Below the pieces are notes generated by a model. That model worked only from the letters and a program-made list of their open reading frames with translations, searched no databases and was not told the DNA's origin. A DNA stretch of 64,000 bases from NCBI GenBank assembly GCA_964016885.1, contig OZ024740.1:129456001-129520000 (forward strand), given 5' to 3'. The translations under genes and the position numbers were made by a program. This document shows positions 1 to 13,149 of the stretch, in pieces. The stretch's first letter is position 1. Each line of letters starts with the position of its first letter. This DNA comes from Eledone cirrhosa. Lineage: Eukaryota.

Positions 1-49
<49 letters not shown>

Positions 50-167
50 AAATTAAGACAAATTAAATGAATTTAATCCAAATCGAAATTGTGGGTGTCA
101 GGCCATAACGACGTGCGCCATATCGCCCTGAAAATAAGCTCGAAGATTTTGTAGGTCCGAGCATTTT

Positions 168-465
168 ATAATAACTAGAAATTGATTAACATATATATCA
201 ATAAATATAAACATGAATAATCACAGGAGATAATGTTTACAAGCGTAGCTAGTAGGTAACAAATAAATAAAGTTGACTAGAACTTCAAAAATAGATACCT
301 TTTAATATGATTAATCATATTAAAATGTATCTATTTTTGAAGTTCTAGTCAACTTCATTTATTTGTTGCCTACTAGCTATGCGTGGTTACACGCTTGTGA
401 AGATTATCTCCTGTGATTATTCATGTTTATATTTATGTATATATATGTTAATCAATTTCTCGTTA

Positions 466-470
<5 letters not shown>
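168..470. repeat. Spacer-less fold-back palindrome (~150-bp arms)
   Basis: Centre aatatgatt|aatcatatt at 312/313. Arms match as reverse complements, e.g. gttgactagaacttcaaaaatagata vs tatctatttttgaagttctagtcaac, with one small indel. Abuts a (TA)n tract. Confidence 0.9.
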
Positions 471-670
<200 letters not shown>

Positions 671-699
671 CATATGTAGGAGGTGAGTTTTATTGTAGT

Positions 700-1633
700 A
701 CAATAAAGCAATGCTGATATCGGATAAGAAGCACTCTACGGGTTTGTAGGACTGGAGTATACATAATATATAAGATCAAAAGCTGGTTAAATGAGTTCCG
801 TGTATTTCATTATGCGCATTTCAAAAACAAATATCATCATGCAATAACATTTGTGTTTTCATCAGATAAAATAGGAGGACATGATATGAAGGTTAAAAAC
901 ACTTGTGGATAGTGCAGTTTTAAATCAACATATGAAAAGTAGTTTTAGATTGATGTGTCATATTGGGGAAACATTTTTTTTTTGAGGGGGGAGGTTGGAA
1001 AGGATGAAAAAGAGGAGGAGATGAGAGTAAAAAGTGGAGGGGGAGGAGTATAATGAGGAAGGATGAGATAGGAGCAGAGATGGCTGATAGAGAGAGAGTG
1101 ATAGCTTTTATAACTGAGAAAAATATATTGTTTTACATAGAGAGGTTGAAAAACCGTTGGAAGATATTGTATAAATTAAAAGATTTTGAAAATTAACGAA
1201 GAGAAAAATAATGTAAAGTTAAGGTTTGTATATTGAAGGGTTTAATAATATGTGCGATGGAAAGAAAATGTTGATATGTATTATTAAAAAAACAGAAGTA
1301 ATGTAAGTAAGGATATATTGTGAGATGAGCATGAATAAGTTAGATGAAAGTGAGAAAAAAATAATGAATAGAGGATGAATAATCTAACGTCAAAAAAATA
1401 TTTATGTTTACGAATGATTTTTTCAAGGTGAAATAAAGTAAGAATATAGTGTATTGTGTAATAATTGTTTCTATGTTAGGCACAGTGAGAAAAGGTACAG
1501 ATTAGGGGTTAAAAATTAAATGAAAAAGAAAAGAAAAGGGAAAAGGAAGAAAGGGAAGTGATTAATAGGAATGATATAGAATATGATAAATACCTTTGAA
1601 TTAAGGTAGAAAGATGGGTATATTTTTAAAGAA

Positions 1634-1635
<2 letters not shown>
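700..1635 (-). mobile_element. Probable PLE pseudo-LTR/3' tail in inverted orientation
   Basis: Pyrimidine-rich on the minus strand and carries an HHR fold at 805-871. Separated from the + strand PLE ORF fragment only by (TA)n. Boundaries approximate. Confidence 0.45.
805..871 (-). ncRNA. Type-I hammerhead ribozyme (minimal stem III)
   Basis: Minus strand: UUUUAU-CUGAUGA-stem II (caaauguuau/augauauuug)-GAAA-UGCGCA-UA-AUGAAA. Stem I pairs, stem III is palindromic, cleavage triplet AUA. Confidence 0.75.
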
Positions 1636-1724
<89 letters not shown>

Positions 1725-1727
<3 letters not shown>

Positions 1728-2800
1728 CTTTGAGAAAGAATGCTATAGTTAATAATATTGGAAAAAGAATATCTAACCTATCTTTTAATAAAAACATCTT
1801 CGATGCTGACACCAAATACTATAATAACGCGCTTTCTTTAAGCCGGCTATCCTGGTAAAATCAAATATAATAAAGAAACAAATTCTAGAAAATCTTACAG
1901 TAGAATAATTAATCATGATCATTCCAATAACTTTAATAAAAGACCTAGATACAAAAACATAATCTGGTATAATGCTCCTTTCTCCATCTCTATTAATAAT
2001 AATATTCCTAAATTATTCTTTAGTGCCTTAAATAAATGCTTCCCTCCCTCACATATCTATAGTAAAATATTTAACAAACACACTATAACATTTTCCTATT
2101 TGACATCCTCCAACATTTCCAACATTATCTCTAAACACAACAATAAAATACTAAATACTAAATCTCTTCCTTCCAACACTGAATATCATAATAATAGTAA
2201 TAGTACTCCCGACGTCATTGTAAACCCTAGGCTAATTTCTGCAAACCCAAATACAACGTCAAACACAACTTCGCTAAATGTTCTTATATCAAGAAACTAT
2301 TATTCCTTTCGCAAATAACTTCTCCAATCCAATTCCTTCTATAGACAACATTAATTCACTCGTTAATAATCTCTCTAATCGCAATTGCAATTGCCCTGCT
2401 AAAAATAAATGTCCTCTCAACAACCATTGTCTTGATAAAAACTTAATTTACGAATGTAAAGTTATAACTGACACCAATTCCTTCACCTATTTTGGCTCCA
2501 CGTCCACCTCCTTTAAAGCTCGTCTTTATAATCATCATTCGTCTTTTAAATATAAACTTAAAAGAACCAACACGGCTCTCTCAGAACTCATATGGTCCTT
2601 GAAAGACAAAAATATTAAATATAACATCTCTTGGAAAAAATGTTTCCTCTGCTTCCGCATACTTGAACAGTTCTCTATCTAAGACTTGCAATCTCTGTCT
2701 GAATGAAAAATTTACCATTATATCTAATTTAGATTCTATAATAAATAGACGCACTGACTTGTTTTCTATCTGCTTGCATAAATTCCACAGAACTGTCCAT
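1725..2800 (+). pseudogene. 5'-truncated Penelope-like element: RT thumb/linker + GIY-YIG endonuclease, frameshifted
   Basis: Translates to IGKRISNLSFNKNIF..YYNNAL, IIWYNAPFS, CNCPAKNKCPLNNHCLDKNLIYECKV..YFGSTSTSFKARLYNH and CNLCLNEK. Same motif order as the PLE at 13150-15242. Confidence 0.85.
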
Positions 2801-3285
2801 AGTATGTGCAGCCAAGCTCATGGAAGTTATCCAACCAAATGTATAGGGGTCTACCCCTGGGTCTCCTATCGTTTTGTTTTGACCGTAAAATCCGGCTGAT
2901 CTCCGAGCTACGCAATCTTTCGAGTTACGTTACTCCTAAGAGCATTCGGAGGAACCCCACATCGGTCGTTTTTATTCGCGATCGGATTCTATCGGTCATT
3001 ATACAGGATTCATGAGCATAAATAACTTTTTTCTACGAATACCGAATTGAACATTGCGAGTTTGACTTTTACACCTACCGCTTTTCTCCCGATTACTGAA
3101 TGTTCAAACTAGCGCATTACTGCAATGTTAACGCTATTTTTGATTGAATTATAATTATGCAACTGACCTCATTTAATCCCATTTAGAAATATATTTAATA
3201 ACAACTGGCTTTCGTTGTTCAGAATCACTTCATTCATTTTGAATTAACAGCTACAAACACGCACACACAAATCCCCCCCCATATA

Positions 3286-3323
<38 letters not shown>

Positions 3324-3366
3324 ATCATACATATATATATATATATAAATACATATGTATGTATGA

Positions 3367-3421
<55 letters not shown>

Positions 3422-4599
3422 CGTATATATACTTATAATTGTTTTCATACCTCACTTTCATATACACTATTCATTTAATTCAAACGGCATTTCAATAAAT
3501 ATGCAATTAGATATCAACAAATTATTCATTTATCTTATACTGTATTTCAGCTTATGTAACCGTTCAATAAGACACTCACTTCATAACTTCTAAACAACCG
3601 TCATCATTTTAATATATTCGTTGATGATTCAACTCATAGCTTCCGTTAAAATTGAGTAATACAAAAACACAGAAATGTAAATGAAAACCTCTATATATTC
3701 CACTTCTAGTTCTATTTAATTAGATGTATTAATCTATTCAGTAATGTCTTATTAACGAAGTGTAAAAAGTAGTAGGCACATCAAAAGCAGAATAGAAATA
3801 TAATTGAAATATACACTTCTCAGTTTTCAGAGCTAAAATAAACTTATTATGTACAAGATGCCGATTTATTTAAACGCGGAATCGAGCCGATACATAGGCT
3901 ATTGGTTTGAAACTTTAGAGGCCAGAGGAAAGAAGTTAATTATTAATTATATATTTTATTAAAATTGTATTTCTCTGAACAGAGCATATCACCACCTACG
4001 ATGAAATCAGACATGCATTAACCTGAAATTTTCTTTCAAATTGTATTATTATATGTAAGCATATATTTGACTTAACATTTTAAATACTTAAGTATATTTG
4101 GTAAAAGAAATAGCTTCGATTTCTAAAACGGTTTCTGCTCTAGAAACAGATTTCATGAATCTATGTATGAATAGTTTTATTGTTTCATTTCGCATTCATT
4201 ACTACTTTTTAAAAATGGACTTAAATTCCCATTCGAGTTTTTGGTAAGCTTCTGTTGGCGATTACATGGATGTAATCTGAAACAAAATCTGATGAAACGC
4301 GATATATAAAGTGTCAATTCTTTAAAAACAAGAGTGTTTAAGAGAAAATAGTACAGATCTTGGTAGGAAGAGAGAGACATTTGTATAAATATATATATAT
4401 ATGTGTGTGGGAGTGTGTATGTATGTGTGCATGTGTGTGTTTGTGTGTATGTATGCGTGTGTGGGTGTGTAGGTGTGTGTGTATGTGTGTGGTTATGTGC
4501 GTATGAAAACACAGCCTCACAGGCACATATATTGTTTCCTCTAATAGAGCAAAAGCTACCCCCTTCTAATTAAACGTCACTTTTCGAACAACAACAGAT

Positions 4600-4935
4600 A
4601 CCAACATTTCTTTACCACACATAGCTTTCAACAAAATGAATCAAATACTCCCAATCATATCACCACCCGCACTACTCTCTAACTGCCAAAGCTTTAACAG
4701 GTATTTCTATTCTTCTTAAATGCAGCGTTCTACAGAGTCTTTCATTCACCATATATTGCTAGGAGCCAATGATGTATGAGACCGATTAACACAGTACAAA
4801 CAATGTGATAAGTTCGGCAAAATCCGACGACAAATCTCGTTTCATTTTGAAGCACTGGAGCCAAATAAAATACTTCCCCGTTATTAAATAAAGCATTCTT
4901 GACAGAGCATCACCTTACTGCAACGGGGCTCCAAA
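4600..4935 (+). pseudogene. Highly decayed PLE endonuclease relic
   Basis: Pieces DRLTQYK and IK*SILDRASPYCNGA resemble the GIY-YIG C-terminal LTWRLLSRANSYTGG of the 14811-15242 ORF. Confidence 0.35.
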
Positions 4936-6099
4936 CAGTCAACATTTTCTCTTAAGATTTTTCCAAATATTGAAGGAAAATGTACCATTCAATACTAAGA
5001 GCACCAGCCTAAAATTTTCCAGGCAGTGGAAAAATTAATTGTTAGCAGATCGTAGGCTATAAACTGATACACGACAGCGACTACATTAATCATATCTGGT
5101 TAATGGACAACATTTTTTTTCGAAGCAGTGATTTTTGATAAAACACTTCCTGTGTGTTTCGAACAACAGCGTCACAAAATCAATATTAATTATTCGGGGC
5201 TACCAGTTGAACGGAACCCTTCCATACATTGTGGAAATTTCAAATTTGCCAAGTTGAAATGCTGCATATATGCATTATATTTAAATGACCATCCATGATC
5301 GGGAAGTCTTTTACTGCTCTGCTCTTTGAAACTACCAATAATGAATCCGTAGGATGCAGCATAGATTTTATCTATTAGTAATACGGACAACAGGATAAAC
5401 TGCATAGAACTTACAACCAACGGTGAAATAGGTTCTGAGCGGATTTAAAGCAACTGGAGAATGATATCCAGCAATGCGTAACTTATCTCCTTCCACCTTT
5501 TGTAAAAATGCAGCGGACAGCCTTTCTTTTCTATGCGGCATCTACAACAAGACGATGACTTAATAGAAGAAAATGTATGACTAAATGAACGCGACAGCGA
5601 TAATAGATATATGTTTCTGTATATTTTCTGCAGATTTTTCAATATGAAATCGTGCGTTCCAACATATATGTTTATAATTTTGGAGTTTCAATAGATATGC
5701 ACATACCGGCTGGGGTACTGAACTAACCAACGAACGGACTACATACCTGACTAATCATTATACAAAAGTGAATCCCTGTTGTTATTTGTGTTTTAATGGC
5801 ATCATGACTTCCGAAACGAAAACAATATCTATGTAAGCAAGTTGGTATGTACGTTTGTATGTAAGTATGCATGTATGTCACGTCGCTCTTCAGTGTTACT
5901 GGTAACATGCAACCCAGTGCAATATGTTCATCGTCGGGCCGTCAGTGACTTCACCGGCAACCGCATCACACTTACTTGTTGAGGAGAGTTCATTCGACAC
6001 CCTGTAGCAGGAAAGAAAATCCCGTCAAAGGGTGGAGGAACTCAGAAGATTCAACGACCATAGATATTTGTGTGTGTGATACGAGAGCCTCCTAGTCTT

Positions 6100-6166
<67 letters not shown>

Positions 6167-6529
6167 ATATGTATATGTGTGTGTGTGTGTGTGTGTGTAT
6201 ACTTATGTGAGTGTGTATCACGTGTGTTAAGAAAACACGATTAATTCCAAGGTTTGCAGATAAAAGTAAAAATAAAATTATAAAACAAAAATATTGGCCT
6301 TAAAAATACTGAAAGTTTCCTCGGAGAGAGTGTGCAAAGAATGGGCTTCTGAAGGATTTGAAGAAGAAGAAAAGCAAAAATACTTATACATACATGCATA
6401 CATACATGATTGAGGCACCTTGATTACAAGTAATGCAATCGCTTGATACCTACGCACGAGCATCACGAACGTGGCTTCGTAGTCCTCTAGAGACTTGCCT
6501 ATGAGCAGCAATACCATGCATCTCAAAAA

Positions 6530-7205
6530 TAATGTCAGATATCAAGCGATAACTGTCCTTCAATTTTTTAAGTGAGGAAAGGCTTTGTACGGAGCCAATC
6601 CCGATCTCCGAACATCGATTCTTCTGCTTGTGACGCTAAACTCCGCCAGTTGCAGACTGTGCATCAGCATTGGATATCTCTCTCTACAACGTTAGATCAC
6701 CAACAGCACCGATTATAAAGCAAAGTTCAAGTCCAGTCCATAAGTTGACCTTATTATGTCTGCCGGCCTCTGCTTCTCCTACCAGCCAACCTTCCTTCCA
6801 GTCATAACCTGCACACACCACGATTTGATCGTTTTATATGGCCGAATAGTTTGAGTACTCTTGACTTGACAATAGATGTAATTTGACAAAGTTTCGTAAT
6901 GTTGAGCAGCTCACTATTACAGGTACGGTTGCTGAGTCGCTTGCCAGTCAAAGTCTCATGATATGATTCTGGAACGTAGAGAGCTTCTGAAGTGACCTTG
7001 AAGTGACCTAACACAGTCAAGACATATAACACAACTGGTAGCGATAGGATGTAAGTATCAAAGATCTTAGCTTTCAAATGATAGGAAACTAATTTTGATG
7101 TTAGTATTTCGTTGTTCTTGTTGAAAGCTGCCCAACCTAGAGCGATTCGATGTTGCGGACCAAACATTCCATTGCTTGATGATAGTTTGTGACCGAGATA
7201 TTTAG
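6530..7205 (-). mobile_element. 5'-truncated RTE-clade LINE fragment (RT C-terminal part)
   Basis: ORF 6802-7269 after the microsatellite: KYLG..HRIALGWAAF..LKAKIF..LPVVLY..LKLFGHIKR, typical of the RTE C-terminus. Confidence 0.7.
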
Positions 7206-7208
7206 TAT

Positions 7209-7263
<55 letters not shown>

Positions 7264-7279
7264 ATACATTGATTTTTTT

Positions 7280-7330
7280 AGTTTCAGACGATCCCGTTAA
7301 GGGTGAAAGCATCGAATCTTTGCTTAAACT
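7280..7330 (+). ncRNA. Hammerhead ribozyme fold with U4A core variant (copy 1)
   Basis: AGUUU-CAGACGA-UCCC guuaa GGGU-GAAA-GCA..UGC-UU-AAACU. Stems I, II and III all pair; triplet CUU. Confidence 0.55.
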
Positions 7331-7358
7331 TTAATCTGTTATTTGAATAAACAAATAA

Positions 7359-7427
<69 letters not shown>

Positions 7428-7431
<4 letters not shown>

Positions 7432-7479
7432 TATGTATGTATACGTACATACATATATGTATACAGACGTACAGTAGCA

Positions 7480-7556
<77 letters not shown>

Positions 7557-7788
7557 GCATACAGGTACACATACATATATGCACGCATCAGTTTAGCCGA
7601 CGTTTATTATAACGCCGCTTTGTTCGTTTGTTTGTCAACAAACCGAACAGCCTGAATTTATGCCATACGGTGTTAAGGCAACCACGTCACCTTTTTGTTC
7701 AACACTGACACAGGAACGATGTACTAGTTTCAAGCTAATAAACGTCGGCTAAACTGATGCGTGCATATATGTATGTGTACCTGTATGC

Positions 7789-7865
<77 letters not shown>

Positions 7866-7975
7866 TGCTACTGTACGTCTGTATACATATATGTATGTAC
7901 GTAAGCATACATACTTACATTTAAGTAAGTGCCATACTAAGAGTGAGAAATGAAATTTCGTTTTCATTTTTTTCA
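7428..7975. mobile_element. Fold-back copy of dispersed HHR-bearing repeat (family also at 28165-28735, 61740-62146)
   Basis: Arms 7428-7609 and 7737-7915 are reverse complements. The spacer holds the 3' half of the family HHR (minus strand GAAAC-UA-GUA-CAUCG). Confidence 0.75.
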
Positions 7976-7976
7976 A

Positions 7977-8064
<88 letters not shown>

Positions 8065-8575
8065 ATGCAAAAGATAAATTCTATAACATATCTTAGATTT
8101 GTTTTCGCTAGTTTCACAAAACCCGAAAATACCGACCTTTTGACACAAATCATTGACACAATTACATAAAACCGAAATATTAACGCAAGTACATTCACAC
8201 CAAAAAGGCAACCAGGACCATTATTATGAATAGTAAAATACGTATATTCAATTAACTAAGATAATTCAATTGATCCCCACGTTCGCATTTACCACCCCCA
8301 CCTTTATAAAGAAGATTCATATGAGAAATATTGATAGAAAATTCACACATGTTAAAATAGTCGCTTAATATACAAACACATTTTAAAGATAACTTTTAAC
8401 ATTTAATAGCATTGATATACTAATCGGAACCAGTTTATTTGACAAAATCTAAATCCACTTAAGATAATGATTCTATAATTATTCATTCTGGCGGATTAAA
8501 GAAAAGAACTTTAAACATCCTTCTCTGCTTTTTCACTATTACTATATATATGTGTATACCTATGCGTATGTGTGC

Positions 8576-8756
<181 letters not shown>

Positions 8757-8791
8757 TCCGAAGGCATGGTATAAATTTCCAATAATTTTAA

Positions 8792-8865
8792 TCACGACAC
8801 ATGTTTCAATAAGAGATAGATCTATCGTGTAGCCATGATCGATTATAACTAATCTCGTCAGCTGA
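8792..8865 (-). ncRNA. Type-I hammerhead ribozyme (inverted arm)
   Basis: Minus strand: UCAG-CUGACGA-..-GAAAC-AUGU-GUC-GUGA, with one stem I mismatch. Confidence 0.65.
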
Positions 8866-8956
8866 AAATGAATTGTCTTCAAATCCTTGATATGAGGGAC
8901 AACATTAACGATGTTTACTCACACAGTTTAGTCCCTCATACATGCACAATTCATTT

Positions 8957-9030
8957 TCACCTGACGAGATAAGTGATAATTGGTCATGGCTACACGATCG
9001 ATCTATCTCTTATGGAAACATGTGTCGTGA
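8957..9030 (+). ncRNA. Type-I hammerhead ribozyme
   Basis: UCAC-CUGACGA-(g)AUAAG..CUUAU(g)-GAAAC-AUGU-GUC-GUGA. Perfect stem I, palindromic ACAUGU stem III, GUC triplet. Confidence 0.8.
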
Positions 9031-9216
9031 TTAAAATGATTGGAAATGTATACCATGCCTTCGGATCTTTATCTTGATACAAATACTCCGTTTTACATCA
9101 TCTAGCTGTTCCCATAAATGGAATTGGAGATATACAAAAGCGTGGAGAACTCAATATTGCTAAAAAAATGTATTGGACCTTTTTGACACAACCTATAATA
9201 CACCTTACAATATAAC

Positions 9217-9282
<66 letters not shown>

Positions 9283-9286
<4 letters not shown>

Positions 9287-9355
9287 TTAATATAGATGAG
9301 ATTCTACAGCACAAGAACTGTTTCATTCTTTACCTCCGATTCAACCCGGAATAAC

Positions 9356-9357
<2 letters not shown>
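9283..9357. mobile_element. 75-bp two-ended micro-insertion of the 21264-21457 family in (TA)n
   Basis: An inverted HHR-proximal piece (gttttaatatagatgagattctacag..tttcattcttta) is fused to the forward distal end (cctccgattcaacccggaataacg). Confidence 0.8.
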
Positions 9358-9428
<71 letters not shown>

Positions 9429-10264
9429 ATGTCTCTTCATAACCTATTATACACCAAGCTGTCATTACAATTATAGATGGTTAGTCAAATATATTTTCCT
9501 ATTTCCTTTTGAATTTACTAGAGTTATAGACCAAAGTATTTGTATACGATGTAGATTCTCAGAATCTGAGAACTTATATTCTCAAATACGTGAATATTCT
9601 CATAAACGTATATTAATATAACTTACATTGCCTCAATAATCTCGATATATCTGACATTATGTAATTATTTCTCTTACGGGATGAATATATTCACACTTGC
9701 CTCTATCTCATTTAATATATGTGAGGAAGGCGTTGAGGAGATACGTTAGCATCGCATGATATCATTCAACGTTAACCTATAATCGATGTGTACCACCACA
9801 TTTATGGCGTATTGATATTTATATATTTATAACTAATGATTTACACCAGTTTCTTGCTTCCACAACTTAATTGAAGCCTTCATGGTGTGGGCTATTTGGG
9901 ATGTTACCACGCCCTCTTACTGATCTCCTACACGCTATAATTAGTATTATTGTTTGCGTTATCCTTTTTCGTTCAGTTTTGTTTAAATTTCTTGTTGAGT
10001 GTCTTCCCAACACTTCGTTCAGAAAAACTCATTGTATACACGGAAAAGCCACAACATATATAAACCAGGATCTTAAATTCTTGCAAATTACACACTTACA
10101 TGTAGGTCATTTGCTTTATATACGTGTACATTATCTGATTAAAATCATATTTACAACAGAATGATATTCAATCATATGCGAGTGGTTAATTACTTACAAC
10201 TTACTCAATTATGGAATACAATATAGTAAAGTTAATTAAAAAGAATCACATAGATGATTATCAT

Positions 10265-10800
10265 TCTCACACTGATTGTGCTTTTGTCAATACCTGAGTC
10301 GTACAAGTTAAAACAGTGTATTGTACTTCTTGCAGTGATAGTAAGCCATGATTCATTCTAAAATCATTTTCAATTCCTTGCTTGATCATTCCTAGTGCTC
10401 TCTTATTCTTATGTATTAGGACCACCTTGAAATGTCACATTTTGTTTTTCTCAATTTTAATCTGAAAATCGTTATATTTTCCAAGCTTTTCAAATTCTTT
10501 TGCGCAATTTCATGGAGAGCACATATCAATCAATAAAAATATGTTTTTATTTGTATCCTTTACAATATTATCCGTTTTGATGGTTCTATCCACGGGACAG
10601 TCCCAAAGAATCGTTAGATTTTCTCACTCAGTTACACCCTCCGAGTGATGTTTGTAATCACTTGTCAGTAGTTTCGATTTTTAATGCCGATATATTAATC
10701 AGTGAAGATAGATCTAGATTAACTAAATTTCAGTCTATCAATTTCCCTTTCTTGACACTGGCATTCACAAATTTATACAGCCAAGACTCCAGTCCCATGT
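10265..10800 (-). pseudogene. Decayed R4/Dong-type RLE endonuclease relic
   Basis: Minus strand LTILWDCPVDRTIK and IRALGMIKQG..LQEVQYTVLTCTTQVL match VKVLWDF and IGALGTISKG..LQKACLLGTARTL of the 50152-51333 ORF. Confidence 0.55.
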
Positions 10801-11059
10801 CATAACTGAATACTTTCAGACAACGTAAATACCCTCAAGCTTATCAATATATTTGACATATAATTTTAGGTTATCCATATAAAATAGATTGCTTATTTTC
10901 CTTTTGTCAAGTTTATATATGTAACTCGCACTGTTGTATCTGAGCAATACAATATATTAGATGTGAATGTGAGTCAACTTGGAAATGTTACAGCCGATGT
11001 GAAAATTCTTTTAAGTTTGTACTCCATTGCAATGATATAATTGGAAATGCGCGATACAC

Positions 11060-11550
11060 ATCATCAGTGGTACTATTATGTTTCCTCTTATTGTATTGTA
11101 TTGTATGTCTACGCCATTTTTATTTTAATTCATTTATTTATTTCTCCACGTCTCTGTCCCTGCGCATGCGTTTGCGTGTCTGTATAATGTTTGGTGTGCA
11201 AACCAAATATTATATACACACGCAAACGCATGCCCAGGGACAGAGACAAGAAGAAATGAATAAATGAGTAAAAATAAAAATGGCGTAGACGTACTGTACA
11301 ATACAATACAATATAATAAGAGGAAACATAATAGTACCACTGATGATATTGCAGATGTGCAATGAAAGAACGTTGATAGACTATATATATATATCTGTAT
11401 TTGTATCCGCTGGTCAATAAATGATAAACATTGATTGCCACATAAATTAACTATGGAGATATAAAAGATACAGAAGCGAAAACCAACTAAACAGTGAGTG
11501 TGTTCTGTTATTATTTCTGACAATATTACAACAATATGACTCTCCTCAAG
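11060..11550 (+). mobile_element. Fold-back repeat with decayed HHR core (family also at 22620-23270)
   Basis: Palindrome 11060-11347 centred near 11197. CUGAUGA at 11340, stem II auugca/ugcaau, GAAA at 11364, palindromic AACGUU; cleavage site and stem I are degenerate. Confidence 0.65.
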
Positions 11551-11572
11551 TATAACAATATATATATATATA

Positions 11573-12056
11573 TATATAATTGAATATAAAAGAAGGATCA
11601 ACACATATATAAACATACATGTGTTCAAATCGTAAGGGACCCATTTCGTTGGGGTGAAGAAATAATAAATATTAACAATGTGGTTTACACACTCAATTTA
11701 AAATAACCAATGCTATTTTTAGTAGCGTATGTTTATGAGACACGGTACCTTCTGATGCCACGTGCGTTAGTTTAAACTTGCGTGAAGGGATTACTAATTT
11801 TACACCCACTGATGAGCAAAGCATTGGTAATTTCCTTCGGTAAAATTGCGAAACAGCCAACCAAATCACTCTGTGTTCTGGCAGTTGCCCAATATAATTT
11901 TATCTTTTTTATTCTTGATTTATTATTTTAAATTGAGTCTGGCAAACCATAGTGTTAATAGTTAGTATTTTTTCACCCTAGCCAACTTGGACCCTTAGGA
12001 TTTGAACACATCTATGTTTATATCTGTGTCTATCTCTCCTTTATATTCAATTATAT
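11573..12056 (+). mobile_element. Pseudo-LTR-like element with inverted tail and HHR-like core
   Basis: 11573-11712 is a diverged reverse complement of 11918-12056. Between them lies CUGAUGA-GCAA..UUGC-GAAAC (11809-11854); stems III and I are not intact. Confidence 0.6.
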
Positions 12057-12142
12057 TACACGGTACAGAAAAACCTATTTCTTTGAGCTATTTAATTGTA
12101 AGAGACTATTTCGAATTTCTAACACAATATATACGTTTGATC

Positions 12143-12324
12143 GGAGGATTGGCTGTATCGGTAGAGGGTCGGACGCCAAGCTTTGACGCATAGAGTTACG
12201 GTCTTTGCAATTCTAAGTTAAAATCCCGCCGAGGTTAATTCTGGCTCTCATCCTTTGGGAGTCGGTAAAATAAAGTACCAGTAATATACAGGGTAATTGC
12301 TGGCCTTGTGCCAAATGTAGAAAC

Positions 12325-12330
<6 letters not shown>
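12143..12330 (+). mobile_element. tRNA-derived SINE
   Basis: A-box-like tggctgtatcgg, decayed B-box, and shared body ggtaaaataaagtaccagtaat..tggccttgtgccaaa. Confidence 0.85.
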
Positions 12331-12359
<29 letters not shown>

Positions 12360-12369
12360 AACGAGTAGG

Positions 12370-12466
12370 ACCCCAACGGCTGAGCTGAAGGCGTTTCGAC
12401 GTCTAATTCTGGACTAAATGAATATTTTTTATCCTGGTATTTGAATAGCGGAGCTTCTCAAGGGGT
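12370..12466 (-). ncRNA. Hammerhead ribozyme, U3-A8 variant (inverted pLTR)
   Basis: Minus strand: ACCCC-UUGAGAA-long stem II-GAAAC-..-GUU-GGGGU; partly mutated. Confidence 0.6.
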
Positions 12467-13149
12467 AATTCCATATATGGTCAAAGTGATTGTCACAAGG
12501 ATTGGTCAAAAGTTTGTTGTTGAGACATAATAATTCAGAGTCCAGAAAAAGAATACTAATACTATCTCTAAAGGTGCCGCCACGATACAAAAGTGCTAGT
12601 GCAAGCTACATAAAAAGCTCGTACGAAGCAAATGTAAAATTTGATACGGAAGATTAATTCAGTCCCCCCCCCCCCCCCCAAACAATAAATACTCATAGAC
12701 GAGAAATTAAAGCAAAGATACCAGTAAGAAATATAGAAAGCACGGGAAAGGGGCAGCGGTCGGATAGGAGGGCAAGTATCCGGGGTCTAACACATCTGCT
12801 ATAAAAAGTGGAGTCGGCCAAGTCTATCATAGAATAGGGGAAGGGGTGGGGGTATTGAGGCTACAAAGGACCTAGGGGCTGCCTAGGGTGGGCGAGAAGA
12901 AGACGACGACAAAGAAAGAGAACTGAGGTGGAAGGACTAGGGGTGGGTGGGGGGAATAATGAAATATAGAGGAAGCGATAAAAAGATATAAAAGAAGATC
13001 TGACGTCTACCTTAGCGAGCAGGGGTTACCCATTACAAAATCGGCAAGTGGGGTGTTATAGCCCTAGTCTACCCACCCCCTGGGTCATTATGAAGTTTGA
13101 GGGCGAGGTAAGTCCTACGCAATCTGTGTTTACATGCAGTAACCAATTC

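Noticed and set aside
5190-5642. Two adjacent minus-strand ORFs of ordinary composition
   Set aside because: No recognisable motif; cannot be distinguished from a decayed repeat without a search.
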